Part shown: positions 47,384-56,626 of the stretch, piece by piece
How positions within the stretch are numbered: the stretch's first letter is position 1
Layout of the letters: each line of letters opens with the position of its first letter
Sequence record: NC_070958.1
Strand: one strand, 5' to 3'
DNA: 64,000 nucleotides
Translations under genes and position numbers: made by a program
The notes under the pieces: generated by a model
The model's input: only the letters and a program-made list of their open reading frames with translations
The model's database searches: none
Told to the model about the DNA's origin: nothing

Positions 47384-47392
47384 GACAATAAA

Positions 47393-47423
47393 AGCCAGGG
47401 AACCCGTGAGGGCTCCCTGGCTC
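47393..47423. terminator. Stem-loop between convergent genes
   Basis: agccagggaaccc-gtga-gggctccctggct. Confidence 0.75.
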
Positions 47424-47443
47424 TTTATATACTTATTTTTTTT

Positions 47444-47785
47444 TTATTCCCGTTGTACGCGGTTAGTCTGCGTGATCATCAGCAAGTCTTCACGAGTAAT
47501 CATCTTGATTTCAGAGAGATGACTGAAGTCTGCTGTTGGATCGTCGATATCGTTGATGAACCCAATAACCCACATCATGTCTTCGGCGACTCGTTCGGTT
47601 ATTGTTCCTGCACCATACTCCCTAAGGAACTTATAGAAGTTATGACGATAGGCAAACTTCTTACCTATGTCAACAATGGGAACACTACTAGCTCTCGCTT
47701 GTAATATTTCTTTACAAGACCTGACTATTACTTTGAATTCCTCAGTGTAGAAGTAATCATTCCCACTGGCGATACGTAAAGGCAT
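47444..47785 (-). CDS. Conserved small protein, possibly virion/baseplate-related
   Basis: AGGAG upstream; MWVIGFINDIDDP resembles LysM-like tail proteins. Confidence 0.65.
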   Translation of the reverse strand: MPLRIASGNDYFYTEEFKVIVRSCKEILQARASSVPIVDIGKKFAYRHNFYKFLREYGAGTITERVAEDMMWVIGFINDIDDPTADFSHLSEIKMITREDLLMITQTNRVQRE

Positions 47786-47816
47786 AACGACTCCTTTAAA
47801 ATAATTCCCCTATATC

Positions 47817-47844
47817 TTTTCAACCAGATATTATCTAGTTGTTA
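47817..47844 (+). promoter_or_regulatory. Phage promoter motif
   Basis: TTTTCA-accag-ATATTAT-ctag-TTGTTA upstream of 47868. Confidence 0.6.
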
Positions 47845-47867
47845 CACACAAGAAGGGTAATCAGAAA

Positions 47868-49958
47868 ATGTCCAAGAAAATAAACCAAGTAACACCAGAT
47901 ACCGCAGGTGTTGCGGTAGGTCTCAACGCAAACCGGATGTGTACTTCTCCATCCCGTCTGTACATGCTCTGTAAGAACCAAGGCAAAGCCGCGGTAATCA
48001 AGCACAGCACTGGCCGTTTGATGGCTACTGCTGACGAACAAGAGTATGCACGGACTGCTCGCAAAGTAGAGACCGATGGTAACGTGGTTGTTGAAGAGGT
48101 GTTCTTCGTCAAGGATCCCAACAACACCAATCAGCCGATGATGTGGGGTACTCAATATGTCATCGTGAGAAATGAGGATACTCACGTATATGACTTGATC
48201 GAAATGTCCAAGTTCAATACCCAAAACATGGAACTGGGTTTTGAATACAAGTACAACAAGGACCTTCTCCGGACGGTTCAGAAGGGAGCCAGGTACAAGA
48301 AGGGTACGGTGTTTGCCAGTTCTGCTCGGATCACCGAATCTGGCGAGTGGTGTCCTGGGGTAGAAACTCGTGTGGCAGCAATGTCTCATGTGGATACCGA
48401 AGAAGACGCGGTTGTCATCTACCGCAGTTACGCCCAAAAGGTTGGTGTCGTGTTCTCCAGGGAACATCGTTATCAGTGGGACGAAGAAGACTACGTCATG
48501 CTGAACCTTTACGGTGAACTTGATCGTCATCAGGGATTCCCCTTCTCCGGTGAACGTGTTCGTCATGATGGGATCGTGATGGGCTTTCGTAAGAAAGATA
48601 AAACGGTAGCTCTGAACGCACTGTCCAAGCAGGCACTGATGGAACCGGATCCGATGTACGACGTGCTGTTCTATTCCAGCCCTGACTGTATCGTGGCCGA
48701 TATCCAAGTAGAAACCGAACGGTACAAAAACCAGTCCAACAACCGGAAAGCTGAAAAGCGCACGCTTCCGCACACTGCTGAACTGGAACGTATCGAGGAA
48801 ATGTACAACGAGTTCTATAACCGTGTTATTCGCTGGTACAACAGCGTAAAACGCAACCATAGCGACCAGGTACCTCTTTCTCCGGCACTCTGGAACTTCA
48901 TCATCACCTGCCAGGCAAACATCACCAGGGACTTCTCCACGCCCCATGCAACCGGTAAGTTCCACAAAGTCAAACGGAAGATGAGTAACATCAATCTGAA
49001 AGACTGGCGGATCACCATCAAGCTGCGGGAAGACGTTGAAGGTAAAGTACGTTTCAAGAACACCGGGATGGACGGTAACAAGTCGGTTATCATGAAAGTA
49101 CTTCCAGACGAGGAAGCGCCGATCGATGACCACGGTAACCGTTGCGACATGATCGTAGGTAACACACCTGCATTCCGTCGACAAATCCTGGGTACACTGA
49201 TCGAACTGGATGTGAACTTCATCAACATCCATACCTATCCCAAGATCGTTGCCGCGTATGATGCCGGTGATATGGAGACAGCTTGGAACCTTGCATCGAC
49301 CTTCTACAAAACAGTGAACCCGTCGTTTGGTGAACTGGTAGAGTCTTTGAACGGTGAAGAGCGACTCAAACACCTGGCCTGGATCCGGCAGAAAGATACT
49401 GAGTTCTCGGTACAAGCGCCGTCAGCAGATGGTGAAGTGGGGATCAGTATCATCGAGAGATTGAAAGAGCAGTATCCCGACATTCAACCGACCCCGGTCA
49501 CCTACATTAACCAGTATGGCGATACCATCAGAACTCGTCACCCGATCGTAATCAGTTCGCTGTATTACATCATGCTGGATAAGTTTGGTGATGACATGTC
49601 CTGTCAGTCAACTCCCAAGTTCAACATCTTTGGTCTTCCTACCTCTCTGAGTAAGGATGAACGTGCCCGGGAATTCCACCGTAGTGTGGGTAACCGAAAC
49701 GTGGGTGAAACTGAAGGTCGTCTCTTCATCAACCAGAAAGGTGGTGTTGCCGCTGTAAGGACGTTGGCCTTGGGTAACTCTCCGGCATTGCTGGAACAAT
49801 CCGTGCGTCGCATCATCCGTGCAGACAACCCGATGACAATCAAGTATCTGGTTAAGCCGGGTGAGGAACGTCAAAACCACGCACTCCAGGTGATGGATAA
49901 CATGTTGTCTGACTTCGGGTCGAAGCTGCGCCGTGAACGCCCGGAAGACATCGTTTAA
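47868..49958 (+). CDS. nvRNAP beta C-terminal subunit (phiKZ gp71-73-like), uninterrupted
   Basis: KNTGMDGNKSVI, CDMIVGN..AFRRQILG, RNVGETE. Confidence 0.9.
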   Translation: MSKKINQVTPDTAGVAVGLNANRMCTSPSRLYMLCKNQGKAAVIKHSTGRLMATADEQEYARTARKVETDGNVVVEEVFFVKDPNNTNQPMMWGTQYVIVRNEDTHVYDLIEMSKFNTQNMELGFEYKYNKDLLRTVQKGARYKKGTVFASSARITESGEWCPGVETRVAAMSHVDTEEDAVVIYRSYAQKVGVVFSREHRYQWDEEDYVMLNLYGELDRHQGFPFSGERVRHDGIVMGFRKKDKTVALNALSKQALMEPDPMYDVLFYSSPDCIVADIQVETERYKNQSNNRKAEKRTLPHTAELERIEEMYNEFYNRVIRWYNSVKRNHSDQVPLSPALWNFIITCQANITRDFSTPHATGKFHKVKRKMSNINLKDWRITIKLREDVEGKVRFKNTGMDGNKSVIMKVLPDEEAPIDDHGNRCDMIVGNTPAFRRQILGTLIELDVNFINIHTYPKIVAAYDAGDMETAWNLASTFYKTVNPSFGELVESLNGEERLKHLAWIRQKDTEFSVQAPSADGEVGISIIERLKEQYPDIQPTPVTYINQYGDTIRTRHPIVISSLYYIMLDKFGDDMSCQSTPKFNIFGLPTSLSKDERAREFHRSVGNRNVGETEGRLFINQKGGVAAVRTLALGNSPALLEQSVRRIIRADNPMTIKYLVKPGEERQNHALQVMDNMLSDFGSKLRRERPEDIV

Positions 49959-49980
49959 TAATAGCAAAGTAGGAGTTAAG

Positions 49981-51993
49981 ATGAAAAAGGTAACACTTCG
50001 TGAATGGGCCAACCTTTCGATGGAGGCGATGTTGTTGGAAACGCAACGTCGTTTCCGTATGGAGGTGGTCGATGATAAAGACGATGTGGTGATTACTGAC
50101 TCCTGGATGATGGCGATGACCTGGTTCAGTCTCGGGGTCCATCGTCACTTCAAAGATGAACCGTACCATATCGACGAATGTTGTCTTCTGGTTTCCAATG
50201 GTGGTCGTCAAGCCTTCGTGGATGATGACACACTACAGAAACCGATCGATAACTTCCTCGGTCGTGTCATGCCCAAGTACGATGATCCGGTCATTTACGA
50301 TCTGATCAAACAACTTGTGTTTGTTTGGCATAACCAGATACACAACTACCTCTGTCTCAAAACAGAGGACGCTGCTGTGTCTGCACGGTCAACCGAAATA
50401 CTGGACATCCGTAATCATCCCAGGGTTGCCGATCTGAAGCGCCGGGTGATGAGTAAAGAAGTTCATATGGCTGATGCGGCTAAAGAGTTCGAAGAGATCA
50501 TGATGGGTGAGCCTGACTTCGATCGGTCAGTGTTCGCTCTTCTTTATCGAACCCGTGGTGTTTCATCCGTTCAGTCATTCCAGTTGCTGATCTCTCGTGG
50601 TGACGTAACCGACTTGAACCAGACCATCATGCCCAACACCGTACTCGACAGTTATGCTGACGGGATTACTGATCTGGCCGACTCTCTGGCGGACTCTAAG
50701 TCCGCCGGTATCTCCCTGATCTCTAACAACGGTGCCTTGCAAGACTCCGAATGGTTCCACAAGAAGATTCACAACCACGCTCAAGTTGTTCGTGGGGTCA
50801 AGTATCAACAAGACTGTGGGTCGACGACAGGAACCATCCTGAAGATCATCTCCAAGGACTTCAGGGACTCCCTGTCCGGTAAGTATCGGATCATGCCTGA
50901 TGGTAGTTCCGTACTGCTGCACAAAGACACCTTGAAGGAAATCAAGACTGGTGATATTGTTATCATCCGTTCTGTAGCCTGGTGTCACCACGGGGCTGAT
51001 AAACCATGTGCTCGTTGTTTCGGCGCGATGGTCTCAGCTCTTCCCTATAACCCATATACCAAACGCAGTGCAGTGCCTGGCCTGTTCTATGGTTCAACCT
51101 TTGCAGAGCCCATCGGTCAGTCTATCTTGAAGACGAAACACCGTATCGGGTCGGCAAGTACCAAGGGATATGTCGTATCTTCCCAAGACAAGGATTATAT
51201 CACCACTGATGAAGCTGGTGATTATCTCTACTTCAACGAGAAGATCCTCAATGAAGAGAGTGAACCTTTCTTGATCCTGGATAAGGAAACTCACCAAGAC
51301 CTTTCTGACTATCGTGTCATTGAAAGTATGGGTGACATTCCGCAAGCCAGTCTTCGTAGCTATCAGTCTATCCGTCTGAAGATCAGTATGGAAAACCCGA
51401 TGGTTCCGGATGAACGAGCTTATCAATTCCCGATCATTGTCACAACAGTGGCAAGTCGTGATGCCAGGATGACCAAACCCTTCGTAGAGTACCTGATGAC
51501 TCAGGACATCGTCGAAGAAGGTCGTGGGTACAAGATCTCACTGAAAGACTTCGATCCCAAAGAGCCGGCGTTCATCCTTCCTCAAGTCAACGAGGATTTG
51601 GATGCGTATCGGAAACGGGTTGAGGATTTCCTGACAGTGACTCTTCGTGGACGCCATGACCGGGAAGTAACACCGGAGATGCACGGTGAGCTCATGGTGG
51701 CGTTGTGGAAGGTTGTTGACGAGAAGTATAAGGGTGCGAATATCATCATGCATGATATCTTCCTCTTTGCCGCAATGGCAAGGGATCCGCAGAACCTGAA
51801 CTACTCGTTGCCAAACTGTAACGATCGCCGTGTGTTTATTGCGATGCACGAGGGTGTAATGAACCGGGGTATTGGTAACGCGATGCTCTATGGTTATCAG
51901 AACGAATCACTGCTGAGTAACCCAGCGTGTTATCTGGTGACCAACCGTCAAATGGGTGCGCTCGAGGCATTCATGCAACCGATGTGTGTATAA
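49981..51993 (+). CDS. nvRNAP beta-prime C-terminal subunit (phiKZ gp74-like)
   Basis: QDCGS, RSVAWC...CARCFG, AEPIGQSILKTKH; AGGAG upstream of ATG 49981. Confidence 0.9.
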   Translation: MKKVTLREWANLSMEAMLLETQRRFRMEVVDDKDDVVITDSWMMAMTWFSLGVHRHFKDEPYHIDECCLLVSNGGRQAFVDDDTLQKPIDNFLGRVMPKYDDPVIYDLIKQLVFVWHNQIHNYLCLKTEDAAVSARSTEILDIRNHPRVADLKRRVMSKEVHMADAAKEFEEIMMGEPDFDRSVFALLYRTRGVSSVQSFQLLISRGDVTDLNQTIMPNTVLDSYADGITDLADSLADSKSAGISLISNNGALQDSEWFHKKIHNHAQVVRGVKYQQDCGSTTGTILKIISKDFRDSLSGKYRIMPDGSSVLLHKDTLKEIKTGDIVIIRSVAWCHHGADKPCARCFGAMVSALPYNPYTKRSAVPGLFYGSTFAEPIGQSILKTKHRIGSASTKGYVVSSQDKDYITTDEAGDYLYFNEKILNEESEPFLILDKETHQDLSDYRVIESMGDIPQASLRSYQSIRLKISMENPMVPDERAYQFPIIVTTVASRDARMTKPFVEYLMTQDIVEEGRGYKISLKDFDPKEPAFILPQVNEDLDAYRKRVEDFLTVTLRGRHDREVTPEMHGELMVALWKVVDEKYKGANIIMHDIFLFAAMARDPQNLNYSLPNCNDRRVFIAMHEGVMNRGIGNAMLYGYQNESLLSNPACYLVTNRQMGALEAFMQPMCV

Positions 51994-52003
51994 GGAGAAC
52001 GTA

Positions 52004-52186
52004 ATGCGTTTCACTATTAATGAGCTGAAAGAGTTTGTAACCGGTACCGGAACCCGTCAAGCTGACGGGTCTCTCAAACCCGTTCGTCCCCACCAGCTCG
52101 GTGGGCTGATTGGTTTGAAACGTCGCTTCAAAGACGCGGCACTGGTTCTCTGCAAGAAAGCTGATGTGGTGACTTGGGATGACTGA
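52004..52186 (+). CDS. Small phage protein (60 aa)
   Basis: AAGGAG upstream; RP....GL..RFKDAALVL..KADVVTW. Confidence 0.7.
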   Translation: MRFTINELKEFVTGTGTRQADGSLKPVRPHQLGGLIGLKRRFKDAALVLCKKADVVTWDD

Positions 52187-52358
52187 GTACAGTAAGCTGG
52201 ACACAGAGAAACTGATCGCGGAACTCAAAAGCCGTGGTTACGTACTCGTAGCAAGTCCTGGTAAAGGAGAACGTCCTCCCGCACCTAAACCTATCGACCG
52301 TGGGTGCAGTTGCCACTGTGGTCGTTGTCGCCGTTACCAAACCGGCGCAACTCGTTAA
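52179..52358 (+). CDS. Small Cys-rich protein (59 aa), not in ORF track
   Basis: MTEYSKLDTEKLIAELKSRGY...CSCHCGRCRRY; terminator follows. Confidence 0.7.
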   Translation: MTEYSKLDTEKLIAELKSRGYVLVASPGKGERPPAPKPIDRGCSCHCGRCRRYQTGATR

Positions 52359-52363
52359 CTGTA

Positions 52364-52390
52364 GGGGAGGGGTCCTTCGGGACCTCTTCC
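52364..52390 (+). terminator. Stem-loop with TTCG loop
   Basis: ggggaggggtcc-ttcg-ggacctcttcc. Confidence 0.75.
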
Positions 52391-52408
52391 TTATATAGGA
52401 GCATTATA

Positions 52409-52714
52409 ATGTCCAAAGAAGGTTCAGTCCCCACGAAGAACTTAAAAGAAGTCGACAGTCAGTCACTGATTGACGAACTCAAGTCACGTGGCTATGAAAT
52501 CACCAAGAAAGCAAAGAGAACTACCTGGGAACAGATTCAGGAACATCTCCATCGTGAGCCCCCTGAATTTCCCAAGACAACTGGTGCGTCAGGTCTTCGA
52601 CCAAAGGTGACCATTTGCCGTTGTAACCACATTCTCTGTGATCGTTGTTTCCCTAGGAACACACCCACTAAGTGTCGTTGCAAACACGCACTATGTCCTT
52701 TGTGCAATCCATAA
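52409..52714 (+). CDS. Small Cys-rich protein (101 aa) with two CxCxxxxCxxC motifs
   Basis: AGGAG upstream; LIDELKSRGY, CRCNHILCDRC, CRCKHALCPLC. Confidence 0.75.
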   Translation: MSKEGSVPTKNLKEVDSQSLIDELKSRGYEITKKAKRTTWEQIQEHLHREPPEFPKTTGASGLRPKVTICRCNHILCDRCFPRNTPTKCRCKHALCPLCNP

Positions 52715-52857
52715 TCGCGACAGGGAGATTACTCCCTGTTTACAAAACTGTATTCTTACTGTGATCAGAATGTGTTAGAGAGCAATGTTTTGTAACCCAA
52801 TATTATTAGGGTAAAACACTTTAACCATATTTGTGTCCAAGTAGAGGTTTACGACAG

Positions 52858-55443
52858 ATGAGAAAAACGCTTGTTATATACAAGGCGCATGCTTATGCTC
52901 GTCTGACCGGCTTTAAACCTGAACTCGTCAAAGAAGTATTAATACCGTTCTGTAAACAAAACTTCTATCGGTTTCAGAAAGTACCTGGTGAGACCTTCGG
53001 GACTACCAAGTGGGAAGTCAGTCATGTCTTCGCTAGATTCAACAGCGATAAGACAGAGTTGCGCTTTAATGCATCAATGATAGAGAACTTGGTCAACTAC
53101 ATGACTGCACGTGGCTATAACAAATCACGTATCGTTATTGAAGAAGAACCAGAAATCGTTCCGGTCAAGAAGAATCATGAACTACTACAAGCTGGGATAG
53201 GTCCTCGCAACGAACTCCAAGAAGAGTTTGTGAAGTTCATGGTTGAATCGCTTGGATTGGTCACCAACAACATGGGAACAGGGCAGGGTAAGCTCGCCAG
53301 CCTATCTGGGAAGGTTAAAATCCCTGGTGGTTGGACCACGATGGGTGAAATTAAGAAAGGAGATATTGTTACTGCGTGGGATGGAACGCCAACCGAAGTA
53401 CTCGAGATTTATCCCCAAGGTGTGAAGGATATTTATGAGTTTACTTTTAGTGATGGCCGGAAAGCCGAAGCGGGTCTCGAACATTTATGGAAAGTCTTTG
53501 ACTGTAGTAAACGTCCTCATCTCCGCGATGAAGTCATTACCACAGAAGAGATAATCCGTAGGTTAGGGAAAGCGCAGCCCAGGTTGTATATCCCCCTGCT
53601 TAAGCCTGAAGTGACACCTGACGTAGAACTACCTTTAGACCCCTGGGTTTACGGTGCGATGCTGGGCGATGGTTGCATGGTCCAAAATCGCTGTACGTTT
53701 ACAAATGACGATCCGTTCGTTGTTAATAAACTCAGAGAAAGAGTGGGTGATACTCATAAGGTGATGCCGCTTCCTAATAAGAAACGATACGAATTTTTCC
53801 TGACGCCCAAGTTTCACGATGGTATCAGTTTCGGGAAGCTGTTGTCTTTGTCGATGATTGACAGAGCGACAGCGTGTGATAAGAAAATCGATGAGCGATA
53901 CATGAATGCTTCACAAGAGCAGAAGTGGGAGCTTATCCGTGGCTTAATGGATACTGATGGATCCGCTGAAGTCGCACGCAAAGGTGATTCAGGTTGTCCC
54001 ACCTTCAATACCAGTTCAGAAACCCTGGCTAAACAAATGCAGGAACTGATTTGGTCTTTGGGTGGTTGGTGCAAGATCACTTCCAGGATTCCAACCTACA
54101 CTTATAAGGGTGAGAAAAAAGAAGGTCAAAGAGCGTATCGTTGTTACATTCGCATCAATGACCCGAAACGTTGCTTCTCCCTCCCCCGCAAGAAGGATTT
54201 GGTTCCGGAAGAGTCCCAGTACTCCGAAAACCTGAAGCTCAGAATCATGGATGTCAAGCTAGTGCGTAAAGAAGAGGCGCAGTGCATCTCTATTGCTCAC
54301 CCTGACAGACTGTACGTGTGTGATGACTACGTGGTTACACACAACACCTTCTGTGCTCTTTATAGCTCGTTCCTCATAGGAGAACGGATACTCATCACGG
54401 CACTTCCAAGGTATGTAGATATCTGGGTCAAGGCATTCGGTGAGTTTTACAAGATAGCTGCTAACGAAATAATGTTGGCGGATACCTGTAACGTTCAAGA
54501 CGTTCACCAAGCAATACTGAAAGGTGCGGATCCGAAGATCATTATTATCCCGTTAACCAAAATCGATATATACTTGAAGAAAATGAAGGAAGAACCTGAA
54601 ACAACGGTTAACCTTGATCAAGTGTTCAACGATCTTGGATGTGGAGTTCGTATCATCGACGAAGCACACGAGTCCATTTACTCTGTGTACCAATCGTTGT
54701 TGTACGGCAACCATAAGAAGACCATGATACTTTCCGCTACCCTGAAAGGTGACGATGAATTTATCAACGGGATTTATAACCAGATCTTCCCGCAGAAGAG
54801 TTATCTGAGGGCGACTGAGTACACCCAGTATATCAATGTCATTTCCTATCATTTCCGTATGGACATGTGGAAATACAAGATAAACACAAAGGGCTTTGGT
54901 GGATATTCCCATGTGAAATTTGAGCAAGGGATACTGAAGAAACCTTATGTGATGGAAGAGTACTTCAAGATGTTGATGGGTGCGTACCGAGAGTACTTCA
55001 CTGATCACTATCGAGAAGGAATGAAATCGATGTGGTTCTTCGCCACAACAGAAATGTGTGAGAAGTTCAACGAGTATTTCATCTCTCAGAATCCTGGGGC
55101 CGACTCTATCGTCTTTACAGCGGCTATAAGTAAGAAACAACCCACCGCATACCGGGAGCACGACAACGTTGTGACAACACCAGGTAGTTGCGGTACAGGT
55201 AAGGATATTCCGTACCTGTTCACTGTGTTTAGTCCGGTGTCTGTTTCATCCTCGCAACGGAATGACCAAATGGTTGGTCGAACACGTCCGGTTGATAAAT
55301 GGTGGAGTGACCTCTTCCCATACTTCGTGTATTTCACATGTCGTGATGAACCGAAGCAACTTGACTACGACAAAAAGCGTCGAGGTCTCTTTGGTCGTAA
55401 GGCCAAAAAGATAGACGTGATAGATAGTGGTTTCCGTATATAA
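52858..55443 (+). CDS. SF2 (DEAD/DEAH-like) helicase, phiKZ gp75-like, containing an intein
   Basis: Walker A MGTGQGK|T, IIDEAH, LSAT, TGKDI, QMVGRTR. Confidence 0.92.
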   Translation: MRKTLVIYKAHAYARLTGFKPELVKEVLIPFCKQNFYRFQKVPGETFGTTKWEVSHVFARFNSDKTELRFNASMIENLVNYMTARGYNKSRIVIEEEPEIVPVKKNHELLQAGIGPRNELQEEFVKFMVESLGLVTNNMGTGQGKLASLSGKVKIPGGWTTMGEIKKGDIVTAWDGTPTEVLEIYPQGVKDIYEFTFSDGRKAEAGLEHLWKVFDCSKRPHLRDEVITTEEIIRRLGKAQPRLYIPLLKPEVTPDVELPLDPWVYGAMLGDGCMVQNRCTFTNDDPFVVNKLRERVGDTHKVMPLPNKKRYEFFLTPKFHDGISFGKLLSLSMIDRATACDKKIDERYMNASQEQKWELIRGLMDTDGSAEVARKGDSGCPTFNTSSETLAKQMQELIWSLGGWCKITSRIPTYTYKGEKKEGQRAYRCYIRINDPKRCFSLPRKKDLVPEESQYSENLKLRIMDVKLVRKEEAQCISIAHPDRLYVCDDYVVTHNTFCALYSSFLIGERILITALPRYVDIWVKAFGEFYKIAANEIMLADTCNVQDVHQAILKGADPKIIIIPLTKIDIYLKKMKEEPETTVNLDQVFNDLGCGVRIIDEAHESIYSVYQSLLYGNHKKTMILSATLKGDDEFINGIYNQIFPQKSYLRATEYTQYINVISYHFRMDMWKYKINTKGFGGYSHVKFEQGILKKPYVMEEYFKMLMGAYREYFTDHYREGMKSMWFFATTEMCEKFNEYFISQNPGADSIVFTAAISKKQPTAYREHDNVVTTPGSCGTGKDIPYLFTVFSPVSVSSSQRNDQMVGRTRPVDKWWSDLFPYFVYFTCRDEPKQLDYDKKRRGLFGRKAKKIDVIDSGFRI
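53293..54345 (+). mobile_element. Intein (351 aa) with LAGLIDADG homing endonuclease, class-3 signature
   Basis: Begins LASLSGKVKIPGGW, ends VVTHN before Thr; EHLW, QCISI; LDPWVYGAMLGDG and RGLMDTDG. Confidence 0.93.
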
Positions 55444-55449
55444 AAGAAC

Positions 55450-55482
55450 TAGACTCTCAGGACTATGGGTCCTGAGAGTCTA
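55450..55482 (+). terminator. 14-bp stem-loop
   Basis: tagactctcaggac-tatgg-gtcctgagagtcta. Confidence 0.75.
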
Positions 55483-55498
55483 TCTATTTGGAGTTGGC

Positions 55499-56041
55499 AT
55501 GATTCTGCAAAATTCCGGTAAGGGGAATTACTTTACCTTTTCATTTATCTTAACTGGTCGTTATGAACATCCCGTATCAAATGCGATAGGGTATGGACTG
55601 ACAACAATGATCAGTATGTACACAATGGACGAGACAGGCGAAGAAGTCACCTTGTCAAATCCATTCAACCGTGACGCAGCCAGATACATCATGGAAGATT
55701 ATCTTCTCAACTATTACACTGCCAACAGTACGCTATCGGCTGCTCTTGATAGCGCCTGTAGCGAGTTGTTAGCGATAGTTGAAAGCCCCCAAGGTGATGA
55801 ACTGGAAAACTTCTTGTGTCACTCATATGGAGTTACAGAGTGTTTTACCAGAGGTGAGGAACGGATCGTCAAACTGTTTATTAAGGAAGGTGGTATAGCA
55901 TCTTCACTTGATGAGCTGGAATCTATCCAGGACAGCATGTTCCGGTATGATGAGTACGCTTCTGTCGTAGGTGGAGTAAGTTCTCCCTATTACTTCCTGG
56001 ATAAAGGCCCTCCTGTTAATCTTGATGATATACCATTTTAA
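55499..56041 (+). CDS. Hypothetical protein ending in DDIPF
   Basis: GGAG upstream; start uncertain. Confidence 0.7.
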   Translation: MILQNSGKGNYFTFSFILTGRYEHPVSNAIGYGLTTMISMYTMDETGEEVTLSNPFNRDAARYIMEDYLLNYYTANSTLSAALDSACSELLAIVESPQGDELENFLCHSYGVTECFTRGEERIVKLFIKEGGIASSLDELESIQDSMFRYDEYASVVGGVSSPYYFLDKGPPVNLDDIPF

Positions 56042-56061
56042 ACAAAACTAAATAAGGAGTC

Positions 56062-56571
56062 GTGATGACTTTAGCTCAAGCATTCGCTGAGTTCAACCAG
56101 GTAGTTAATCCTATCCAGTTGTCACTCAACGTTCGTATACCGGATCTCCCCGAATATGTAGAGGGGATGAACTATCAGCAGATACTGATAGCGCTGGAAG
56201 GTGCATTTAACACTGTAGTGTCAGCAGCAGTTAATAATCAAGCTATTAACCCTGATTACGAAATGTTTGAAGAAGAGATCAGAGCCAACACGCTTGAACA
56301 ATTGATGTCGAACGTGGACGCTGATACTGTTGATGTAGGACTGGGGTACGAATCCCAGTACGACTCACTAGTCAATAAACTGGCTATGGACATTACCGAT
56401 GATTACGATAATCCGGATGTTCAGGTAATGTACAACGAGATGTACAATGCAAGTTGGATGAGGATCAATCTGTACCACTACATGGACCGTGTCCAAGAAC
56501 TCAGGTTGGTTGTGTCGTTCCATTACGATCAAGGACCTGGAACATTGAACGGTGTACCAGAAGTAGCATAA
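56062..56571 (+). CDS. Conserved hypothetical protein
   Basis: AAGGAG upstream. Confidence 0.8.
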   Translation: MMTLAQAFAEFNQVVNPIQLSLNVRIPDLPEYVEGMNYQQILIALEGAFNTVVSAAVNNQAINPDYEMFEEEIRANTLEQLMSNVDADTVDVGLGYESQYDSLVNKLAMDITDDYDNPDVQVMYNEMYNASWMRINLYHYMDRVQELRLVVSFHYDQGPGTLNGVPEVA

Positions 56572-56574
56572 TGT

Positions 56575-56608
56575 AATTCACCCTCTCCCACCAGGGAGAG
56601 GGTGAATT
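56575..56608. terminator. Stem-loop of the ACCCTCTCCC/GGGAGAGGGT family
   Basis: aattcaccctctccc-acca-gggagagggtgaatt between convergent genes. Confidence 0.8.
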
Positions 56609-56626
56609 GTTCTTATTTTTTTTTTG

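Noticed and set aside
35211-49958. Self-splicing introns in nvRNAP genes, as in phiKZ gp55/56.1 and gp71-73
   Set aside because: Both subunits are continuous ORFs here with all motifs present.
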